In this document: one piece after another, positions 13,931 to 24,562 of the stretch
Numbering within the stretch: position 1 is the stretch's first letter
Layout of the letters: each line of letters opens with the position of its first letter
Origin: Geosiphon pyriformis uo1
Lineage: Eukaryota > Fungi > Glomeromycota
NCBI GenBank assembly: GCA_016748015.1
Contig: JAAOMT010000369.1
Coordinates: 180,109 to 244,108, forward strand
Direction of reading: 5' to 3'
Length of the DNA stretch: 64,000 nt
Translations under genes and position numbers: made by a program
Notes under the pieces: model-generated
Told to the model about the DNA's origin: nothing
Database searches by the model: none
The model's input: the letters and a program-made list of their open reading frames with translations, nothing else

Positions 13931-14580
13931 TTATCTTCTCCTTTTTAATATTGAGCTCTGTCAAAATCTTTATTTTAAATTAATTCTAATATTTCTTTTT
14001 CAAGTATTGTTTGTTTGACTCTGTTTTTTACATCTTCTACTTGTGTATTGTTCATTCTTCCCTATTGGTTAATGGTTATGGTTTCCATGTCAGAGTGTAA
14101 CAGTATTTCTGGATAGTTTCGAAATATGTTGTGTAGTTAGTACATTATTCTAATATGTAGTGTTGAATTCATTTTTTTTCCAATAAATTCTTCAATTTGT
14201 TGTATTATGTCTTGATTAAATATTTTCTTGGATTTGTTGATATACAACTCCTGAATATTCAACTTTTGACCTAACTGGTAGTAGTAATATAATATTGGAA
14301 GTTGTTCTGTTCATTGCTTCCAATTTTCTTTTGTAAGCTCTTTTGTTGGTGCCATAATAGGTATTTTCTCAAAAGTGTTCTTTACTTTTTCTATTAAGTT
14401 ATCTGTCCAGTTTTTATCATTCTTTGGTAGCTGCTGATATGGTGTATTTTTTGTCTTTCTTTGGGTGTTTTGATAGCAAATTATTTGGTTGTTAATAACA
14501 ATTTCCATGTCTAACTGTTGTTGACTTAAGGCCTGGAACAATTGTTGAGCTATAGTGTGAATATGATTTGGTATTTCTAT
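13893..14580 (-). pseudogene. Accessory ORF3 of A (unknown function, not env-like)
   Basis: (M)EIPNHIHTIAQQLFQ..LPILYYYYQLGQKLN..TELNIK. Homologous to ORF3 of D. Runs through the PPT into the 3' LTR. Confidence 0.7.
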
Positions 14581-14603
14581 TTTCTTAGTTGCTTTTGTTA
14601 TGT

Positions 14604-15577
14604 TGTTACCAGAGGTTTTTAGTCTCTTTTCTTGAATGTTGTAAATGTCTGTTGGTTGTAAATTCACGTTTTCTAAAAGTAGTTGAACCTCCAATAACTG
14701 AATTTATCTTCAAATTATCTTCTATAATTTGAACTACTGAGCTTATGAGTGGAATGGCTAATTTCATGCCAGTTACTTTGTATAGTTACATTGTAGTAAA
14801 TGTCAACTCTTTCCCAGGAATTGCTCATCTGGAAGCTCACTAAAAAATGTGTAGTTACTTTGCTGTGAAAGTCAACTCTTCTACCAAAATCTTGTCTGTA
14901 GGCTACCCTAATGATTCTAATAAAAAAATAAAAGAAAAATAAAAGAAATGTAAAAGAAATAGAATTCTGTCAAGGAAAACGTTTTCTATCCAGGCCTGGA
15001 GTCACTAACAGTTTACTGAAATTGGTAGCTAATCAATTTCAAAACATTAGTTGAGTTTTTGGAGATTTTCCAAGTGCAATATTTAAAAAAATTGGTTTTT
15101 CGAATTATTTGATATTTTATTTTTTTTTGTGTGTGTAGGAATGATTCTAAGTGATAAATCTAAAGTAAGATACATTTTCTTGAAGAGAAAAGCTTTTCTT
15201 TTATACAACTTGTTGTAGTACTAGTCTATGAACTTGCACTTTTTCTCTTTGCTCAAATTTTGGCAAACTAAAGATACATTTTGATGAATTACAAGTTATT
15301 TCACTGAACTATTGATTAATTTGGGTAAACTATTCATAATTTCGGCGAATTTTTGTAAATTTCGGCGAATTTTAGAATGTTATAAAGTTCAGAGTATTGT
15401 GTAATTTGATCATTCTACTTTCTGTTATACTAATTAAATTATTTTAATTGAATTGTGATATGTAATAATTGATTAAATAATAAATGATAATTTGAAATGA
15501 TATTAATATACTAATTAATTATAGAAATTATAAGGGTAATTTCATGCTAATTAATAGCTAAAATTCTACTGGTAACA
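14604..15577 (-). repeat. 3' LTR of B
   Basis: TGTTACC...GGTAACA; repeat of 23523-24527. Confidence 0.93.
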
Positions 15578-16265
15578 TAATCTTCTTCTTAAGACTAAGC
15601 TCTGTCAAAGTCCAAGCACTATCTGTAATATTGAGATAGTAATCCAAAATAATTGAAGTAATCTGGTCTGAAAATTGTTGAAATTTCAGTTCTGTGAGTT
15701 TGTCAATGTATTGGACTTTCATTGGTTGCAGTATTGGATTTTGTAGAACATTTTCACAAGTATTAAACAAATTATAAAGTCTAAAAGCTGCTCTAAGTTT
15801 GTAACAAGTGTTTGTTGGTCCAGCTGCTGTTTTAAATTCATTGTAGATTTGTTTTTGTATAGCTTCAAAAGTGAGATTTGTTGCTTCAAGTTCCAGTTTT
15901 CGTTCATTAAGTGTCTTTCCAATGTGAAAATATTTATAGATAGGGATGTGTTCATTGTTCTGTTCATTGAGAAGTAGTAAAAGTTTTTGTTGCATTGTAG
16001 CATTTGGTGGAATGTCCATAGGGGCAATTAAAAGATTTTCTTCTAGTGCTTGCTTCAAAAGTTTTGGTAACTTATTTTCAGAGTGGCTTCTTGTTTTTCT
16101 TCTATAGAGATGATAGTTTTGTGAATGGTTTGCTACTGGGGCTGTGATTTCTTTCTGAATGTAATTAATTTAACTTCCATTAATCGTTATGGATAAGTCA
16201 GGAAGTGTTTTCAAGACTAACATTAACTTTTGGAATATTTGTTGAATATTTCGGAGAATAATCAT
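15558..16265 (-). pseudogene. Accessory ORF3 of B (~235 codons, one internal stop)
   Basis: MIILRNIQQIFQKL..RRKTRSH..IYKYFHIGKTLN..KLRAAFRLYNLF..TELSLK; terminates inside the 3' LTR. Confidence 0.75.
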
Positions 16266-16410
16266 GATAAAATTGACTAATTATAAAAAGAGAAAATAAA
16301 GAAAATTATTTTTTGGATATGAAGTTTTTATTTGTTTTTGGGTTTGGGTGTTTTTTGTAATTATTTACTATTTTTGTCTTTGTGTTTTTATTAGAGAATT
16401 ATTGTAAAAT

Positions 16411-19400
16411 TTAAGTGTTTAAGTTTGGTTGTTGTTCTATTATAATTATTGGTTCTAAATTTTGGAAAATATCTTCAGGATTAATTAAAGGGGAATGTGT
16501 ACCAATTTGTGGAATTAATGTTTCAGAATTGTTTCTGAAATGATAGTGTTTCAATCTGTCTCCATGTGCAACTTTTGCTAGTATTTTGTCATCAAGTCTT
16601 AACTTGTATGATCTATTGTCTAGAATTTCGTGAATATAAAATGGTCCATCCTATTTGTTTTCAAATTTCCCACTCTATTGTTTTTCAGCCTTAGTTCTGT
16701 GTAAGAGAACTTTATTTTCAACTTTAAATTCGTTGGTAATAGGTGTTAATTTGTTGTCATGTTTTTCTTTTTGTTGAACTTGGGAATATTCAATATAAAT
16801 TGCTGCTATTCTTCTTTTTCCTTCCAGTGTACTAAGAAGAGTGTAGGCCTTTCTTTGGAGTGTTTCTTGAAAGTTTTCTTCATTGATTGGTTGCACTGGG
16901 TATGTTTCCACTGTGAAATTAATTGGTAATATTGCTGTCTTTCCATAAGTAAAATCAAATGATGTGTGTTTTGTAGTATCTTGTTTTAGCATTCTGTATA
17001 CTAGTAACACTGATAGAATAAAGATATCCCATTCCTGCTCAAAGTCTGTTAAGACTTTGGCTAGAAATTCACACAATATTTTGTTGAAATGTTCTACAAG
17101 TTCATTTGTTTAAAGGTGATAAGGTAATGATAGAGGTCTTTTAACATTGAATCATTCACAAATTTCTTGTATTAAGTTGTTCACAAAATGTGTTCCTTAA
17201 TCAGATAAGAGTTCAATTGAACATCCATGTCTACAAATAATGTCTTCATAGATGAAATTTGCTACTGATTTTGCATCTGCTCTTTGGATGGCTCTAGCTT
17301 CAGGCCATTTGGTGAGATAATCTATTGCAACTGCAATATAACAATTTCTTTGGGTTGTGATAGGTAATGGCCCAACTAAATCAATTCCAACTCTGTCAAA
17401 AGGTTGTCCAATTTTGATTGGATTTAAAGGTTCTGTGGGGCGAGTTCCTTCTCTTTTTTGACAACTATCACAAGATTCTACATATTGTCAAATGTTTTTT
17501 TGCATGTAAGGCCAAAAATAATGTTCAAGTGTTCTTTGAATTGTTCCATCTTTTCCCAAGTGTACTGAAAACGGATCTGTGTGCATGTTGTATAAAATTG
17601 TTTCTTTTTCATTCTTTTGTACTAATCTGAGTGGTTGGTTTGGGTTTCTGTGATTTTTATAATAGATTTTGTTCTGGTGTATAAAATATTGTTTTGATTG
17701 GTGTTGTAAATGATGTTTTTTACTTGGAGACCAGTTTTCTGGTATGGTAAGGGTTTCCAAATAATTTTTAAGATTGCTGTAATTTTTGGGATCTATTCTT
17801 GTTTGGTTATTTTGTTGGTAGGTTGGTAAGTTGTGGTGGAATTGTTGTTGGTATTAATCTTGTCTTATTTTTGAGAGGCTATCAACATTGGTATATAGTT
17901 TTCCTGGTTTGTAGTGTATAATATATCTGTAGTCTGCTAGGAAGTCATTCCATCAAAACTGTTTGGCACTTTGTTCAGTTTTCTTTTTATTGAGCTATTT
18001 GAGACCAATGTTGTCCATTATTATGTCAAATTTTTTTCCATTCTTCAGATATTGTTGAAAATGTTTAAGAGCCCAAATAACTGTGGCAGCTTCTAATTCA
18101 GTTGAGCCATATTTTAGTTCTGTTGATTTGAGTGTTCTATTAGCATAAGTGATAACTTGTTCTTGTCTATTTTCATCTACTTGTGATAAGATGACACTGA
18201 ATGCTATGTGTGAAGCATTAGTGGCTAGTTGAAATTGTTTGTTAAAGTCTGGGTAAGCAAGAACTGGGGCTGTTGTCAGCTTTGTTTTGAGGGTTTCAAA
18301 TGCTTTTTGTTGTTCTTCAGTCCATTTGTATGGCACATTTTTATTGGTGAGATAATTGAGTGGTTTGGCAATTTTTGAGAATCCTTTGATGAATTTTCGA
18401 TAATAGAAGGCTAATCCTACAAATCCTTATAGCTCTGTGGTATTTTTGGAGGTTTGGAAGTTTTTAACAGTACTGATTGTTTCAGAGTTTGGTTTGACTC
18501 CATTTTTGCTAACAATGTGTCCAAGAAAGATTAAGCTTGTTTTTTCAAAGTAACATTTCTTAATATTCAACTTCAATCTTACTTTCCGTAATTGTTGAAA
18601 AACTTCTTGCAGGTAAATAAGATGGGCTTCAAAGCTTGGTAAGTACACATCAGTGTTATCAAGATAAACAACTACTGATTGCCATAAGAGTCCTTCATAT
18701 ACAATATCCATGAGTCATTGAAATGTTGCTGGTGCATTGCAGAGTCCAAAAGGCATAACATTGAACTCATAGTTTCCTTCTTGGGTGGTAAATGCTGTTT
18801 TGGGTCGGTCTTTTGGGTCCATTTTGACTTGCCAGTATCCACTTTCCAAGTCTAAAGTTGAGAAGAACTTGGCTTTTCCTAGAGCATCTAGCATGTTATC
18901 AATTCTTGGAATAGGGTAAACATCTCCAATTGTCACACTGTTCAATTGGTGATAGTCAACACAAAATCTGATTTTTTCATTTTTTTTTTGACAAGAACTA
19001 CTGGTGAAGCCCAAGGACTTCTTGATGGTTGAATCAATCTGTTATTGAATATTCTCTGGACTTCTTCTCTGATGAATTGGTGGCTAGCAGGTGGCACTCT
19101 GTAAGCTTGCTGATATTTTGGTGGAGCATCTCCTGTATGGATCTGATGTTAAACAATATCCATTTTTCCCAGGTTATTGTTGTCTTTTGCAAATATATCT
19201 GCAAATTCAGCTATCAATTGTTTTAATTGTCTTTGTTGTTAAGGTTCTAAGGGACCCATGTTGATTTGAGTAAGTTTTTCTTCCAAAAAATGGTAGTTTT
19301 CAGTGGTGGGAATGATATTTGGATTTAGGAATAGAGTGTGCCTTACAATTTCAATGAAATTAGAGACAATTTGAGAGTTTTCATTTTGAAAAATATTGCT

Positions 19401-22400
19401 GTGTATGATTCCAATTTCTACTTTGTTTAATAAGACAATAGAGTAATTATTGGGGTTGTAAAATGTAACTCAAAATTTTTTTATTCCTTTGGGAATATAA
19501 ACGTTTGGAATTGAGATTTTATGCTTTAAACAGATTTGTTCATTGGATTCAAAGATTTGTTGGGTAGTAGTGGGTTTTGAGCAAGTGTAAATTTCGTGAT
19601 GTTCTCCAAAAGATGAAATGATAATTGGTTGGAGAAGTTAAAGAATCTGGTAAGATTTATTTTGTGTATTAAGAACTATGTTTACTGGGACTGTAAATCG
19701 TCCAGTTGAACCAAAATTTTGTATTCCTCTTTCACTTTTTCCCAATTGTTCTCTGTTGTTAACTGATTGTAGATCCGAAATATTGATTAAGGATAGGTAA
19801 ATTGCTTGAGCAATTTTTTTAGCATGTTCAATCTTAAATAATTTGTCTGTTTCATTCTGCAACATGATGGTAATGTCTCCAGTGTATCTTGCATCTATAA
19901 CTCCTCCTCTAATATTGATTTTTTTGCTTGCCAATAATGATCTGGAAGCAATTTGAACTATTGCTTCTGGTGGTATTTTAAGAGCAATTTTGAGATTGAT
20001 TTTTGTCAAGAACTTTGGTTGAAGAACCAAAGTATCTTTTTCTGAATATCTTAGATCATATTCAGCATCAATTTCGTGTGCTTTTTCTGGTCTGATTCCT
20101 TGGTCATAATTGTCGAAATATTTAAGTTATAGAGATAGTTGCTTTTCAAGAAGATAGATAGGGATGGTTGGTAGTTCTTCTGCTAGTTCAGATACTCCAA
20201 ATTCGATCTCATTTTCATCATTCTTATCTGGCAAAGGAATGCTAAGAGCATAACATTCTAAACACCATTGGTCATCACAAGGCATAACACATTCTTCACA
20301 CAATTGAATGTTCATTTGCTCTAATTATTGAATTTGAGCTTCTTTGGTTGGGTATGTATGACTTGCAATTTGGTGGTAGGTTTCTATTTCATCTTCATAA
20401 TCAAATCCGACTAATTCTATGGTATACTCAATGTATTCAGCTTCTTTCATTTGGCAGATATCTTCTTGAGTGGCTTCATTGATCAATGCCATTGCTAAGT
20501 CAAAAATCATTTCAGCATCATAAGGGTAGTGGTAAAGTTTATTGAGAGTACTGTTGTATGCTGCATTAAATAGTGTTCCTCTTCTGACTTTTTCCAAAAT
20601 TGATAGAGCATATTGACAGGTTTGATTACATACTTCTCTTTTTATTGCAACATCAATCCAGTTGCATTCTTCTGATAACATATCTCCACATGTAAGGCAA
20701 GGTGTGTTGTCCTATTTTCCACTTCTTTTTGGAGATCCAAATCGTTTTCTATGGTATGCTTTACAAAAGTAACAGATGCAAGTTTCATATTTCTCTTCTA
20801 AAGTAATATATGCTCCCATTGATGAAAGTTTTTTGTTGCAATCTTTGCATTTGAGTGGAATATAGGGTGGTTGTTTCTGTGGTTCTGGTGTAGAATATCT
20901 AATTTTCTTCCATCTTTTTGATTCTTCAAAAATCTCTTGTTCTGTTTCTTCAGCCCAATTGGATGTTGATCCAAAAGCCATGTAGGTTTCAGTAAGTGGC
21001 ATTTCTTTCTTCTCTTCAAATTCAAATACTAGGGCTTTTTTTGATCATTTGTTAAAAGTACCACAAATAGCAGGTACTATAGTGTATTGTCCTTGGTATG
21101 AGATTTTTAATTCCTGAGTTTCTCAGTCCAAGTTTGCATTGGCCTTAAGAAGCCAATTATTTTTAACTAGAGCTTGGTATTGGGGTGCATTCATGACTAG
21201 AACTTTGACTGAAATGGTGATTCTATCAATAGTGAATGAAAAATTGTCAATTTTTCCTACTGGTGTCTTTTTTATACCATCTGCTATAACAATTACAGTT
21301 TGGGCTGGTCTGTTAACAGTTCTTTGAAGCTGTTGCATTAACTGGTAGGTGATAATACTTCCAGTTGATCCACTGTCTAGAATTAGTCGGATGGGTTTTT
21401 TTTCTACTGTAGCTTTAATATACATGGCAATAATAGCTTTTTGTTCATTAGCTGCTGCATTACTAAACAAGAATGGTGATTCATTTGCTTCAAATTCGAA
21501 TGAGAATATATCTGAAAGGTTGGCATTTTGGGCAATTTGAGCTGGTAGAATAGTGTTGTTAGAAGAGTTTGATCTGGGTGCTGCAATTTCACCTTCAGAA
21601 AGTGCAGGTTGTTGAAAATCCGATTCCTCTGGTATTGTAAGATAACTGGGTTGAGTGTGATAGTGATTAGGTCTTTGCTGACCAGAATTTCGAAGAACCA
21701 ACTGGTTATTTGGATTGATTCTGTTGTTGTTACTCTGAAATTAACTTTGGGGTGTGAATTGGTTATGTTGAACCAATCTTCTTGCTAGTACTTGATATTG
21801 TTGAGTGAGTGATGTCTAAAATTGCTGAATTGGTAAAGATTGCTGATATTGTTGTTGAATTGGTTGTGGAGCTGATTGATAATAGCTGTTTTGAATTTGT
21901 GGTCTTGGTAAATAATAAGTTGGTGGTGGGGATTGGTAATAAGATTGTTGTGGTAAAAAGTAACATTGATTACTCCTGTTTTGTTGGTCTCTTTGTAGTT
22001 TCCTGCAATCTCATTTCCAGTGTCCTGGAATTTCACAATAGTGACAATTTTGAGATTGGTTGTTGAATGATGGTCCAAAGTTGTTTTGATTGTGTCACTG
22101 TGGTGGTTGATATTTTTGGGGTTGTTGCTGCTATTGTTGTTGGTTTGTAAAATAGCTTTCAACTTTCTTTGTGAGTTGATCTATCTTTTCTTTAGCTGCT
22201 GAGCTGGTTTCTCCAATAGCCAAGTTAACAAGTTTGGTGTGATTTGCTTCTTCCATAGCCATTTCATAATTCTTTGCATGTTTAATGGCAGTTGCTAAGT
22301 CTGCTGAAGCATGTGGACAGACTTTTTTAATCAGTTTGTCTTTTAATCCTGCTATAAACTGATCCAGAATTTGGGCATCAGAATAGTAGTCATTGGTTTC

Positions 22401-23504
22401 CAATTGTCGGATTTGTCTGAGAAGTTTGTTGAATCTTTTAAGATAGGTCATAGCAGTTTCAGATGTTTCTTGTTTGATATTATGAAAGTGGTTCCTGAAA
22501 GTGATAGAGGTGTTGTTGTTAGTAAATTGTTGTAAAAAAGCATCTTTGAATGCTTGCCAGTTTTCAAATGGTTCTTCTAAATTTTCAAACCATTCTTCTG
22601 CTGTTCCTTGGAAAAAGTAAGGAATTGCTTTGAGCATTCTTGCTGCATTCCAACCATTTGTATCTTCTGCTTTTTGAACTTTGTTAAGCCATTCTTGAGG
22701 ACTGGTATTATTATCTTCACCAATGAATTCTGGAATCTTTGCAATATAAGCAGTTGCCATTTTTTCTTTGTTTTTTGTGACTTCTTTTTGTTCTGATTCA
22801 GTTTTTTTACTTTCCAATTTACTAAATGATCACTTTCGTTTTCCTGCAAGTATTCAATAATATTGGTGCTTGTTGATATGGGTTTCTGCTGTTGAGTAGG
22901 ATTTTTAGGTGACTGAAAATTTTCTGGTCTGAAGAAACGGTTAAGTGGTGAATTTGGTGTTTGTGGTTGAGTAAGTGAAATTGGAAATGGTGTAATAGAA
23001 AGTGGTAATTTGACACTGGTTCTTTGTTCAGGTGTTTGCAAGTGTTTGGCAGTTGTCTTTGGTAGTATTGGAGTGTTTGGAGTGGTTTTTGCATGTTGTT
23101 TTACTTTTTGTTTGTCTTTGTTGCTTGTTTCTGTTTTTGATTCAAAGTCAAGAGAGTATTTAGACTGTACTAGGTATTTTTCTTCACAATACTTGATAAT
23201 GTTGTAATTGAGTTCTTGAAAGTAGGTGGCAAGTGTTTCACTGTTAAAGTCTTTAGTTTCCAATCGTGAATAGTGCACTAGATTATTGTAGAGATTGCTT
23301 TTAACTTCTGAAATGTTGTAATTTCCAAGAAGATAATTGTTAATACAGTTTTCAATGTATTGGTAAAGTGTTCTTTCAACAATTTCAATTCTGTCTGGGA
23401 TGTTGAATTTCTGCTTGCAATGGGTGTAAATTGACTAATAATACTCTAGAGTTGTTGTGTCTGGTGTGATTGCCACTTTGAAGTTTATTGTTGCTGTGTT
23501 ATTT
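16411..23504 (-). pseudogene. gag-pol of B, single frame through gag and protease: gag, CCHC, PR, Cys-rich region, dUTPase, RT, RNase H, IN with GPF motif
   Basis: KAIPYFFQGTAEEWF; CHYCEIPGHWKxDC; LILDSGSTGS; dUTPase motifs 1-5; [27 protein letters not shown]; integrase core; DGPFYI. No chromodomain seen. Confidence 0.92.
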
Positions 23505-23522
23505 CTGTGGGAGAACACCAAA

Positions 23523-24527
23523 TGTTACTGGAGGTTTTTGGTCTCTTTTCTTGAATGTTGTAAATGTCTGTTGGTTGCAAATTCACGTTTTCTAGAAGTA
23601 GTTGAATCTCCAATAACTGAATTTATCTTCAAATTATCTCCTATAATTTGAACTACTGGGCTTATGAGTGGAATGGCCAATTCCATACCAGTTACTTTGT
23701 ATAGTTACATTGTAGTAAATGTCAACTCTTTCCCAGGAATTGCTTGTCTAAAAGCTTACTAAAAAATGTGTAGTTACTTTGCTGTGAAAGTCAACTCTTT
23801 TACTGGAATCTTGTCTGTAGGCTACCCTAATGATTGTAATAAGAAAATAAAAGAAAAATAAAAGAAATGTAAAAGAAATAGAATTCTGTCAAGGAAAACG
23901 TTTTCTATCCAGGCCTGGAGTTACTAACAGTTTACTGAAATTGGTAGCTAATCAATTTCAAAATGTTAGTTGGATTTTTGGAAATTTTCCAAGTGCAATA
24001 TTTAAAGAAATTGGTTTTTCAAATTATTTGATATTTTATTTCTTTTTGTGTGTGTAGAAATGATTCTAAGTGATAAATCTAAAGTAAGATACATTTTCTT
24101 GAAAAAAAAAGCTCTTCTTTTATACAACTTGTTGTAGTACTAGTCTATGAACTTGCACTTTTTCTCTTTGCTCAAATTTCGGCAAACTAAAGATATATTT
24201 TGATAAACTACAAGTTATTTCGCTGAACTATTGATTAATTTGGGTGAATTATTCATAATTTCGGCAAATTTCTATAAATTTCAGCGAATTTCTTATAAAT
24301 TTCAGCGAATTTCTGTAAATTTCAGCGAATTTTAAAATGTTACAAAGTTCAGAGTATTGTGTAATTTGATCATCCTACTTTCTGTTATACTAATTAGATT
24401 ATTTTAATTGAATTGTGATATGTAATAATTGATTAAATAATATGAAATAATATTAATATACTAATTAATTATAGGAATTATAAGGGTAATTTCATGTTAA
24501 TTAATAGCTAAAATTCTATTGGTAATA
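23523..24527 (-). repeat. 5' LTR of B
   Basis: Repeat of 14604-15577; adjacent PBS. Confidence 0.93.
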
Positions 24528-24562
24528 ACATATACTGTGTCTTTATATACTTTTTTGGTTGT

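Larger units (their letters stand above)
14604..24527 (-). mobile_element. Ty3/gypsy element B, full length, nested in A just upstream of the ORF3 of A
   Basis: LTRs 14604-15577 and 23523-24527. TSD ATGT/ACAT (inferred ancestral ACGT). PBS TGGTGTTCTCCCACAG at 23505-23520. PPT AAGAAGAAGATTA at ~15578-15590. The empty site is visible in the homolog D at ~53330. Confidence 0.93.

Noticed and set aside
14311-14694. 127-aa ORF as a real gene
   Set aside because: Chimera of B LTR U5 and the ORF3 region of A across the insertion junction at 14603/14604.
15558-16265. env gene
   Set aside because: No signal peptide, TM helix or fusion-protein features, and too short.
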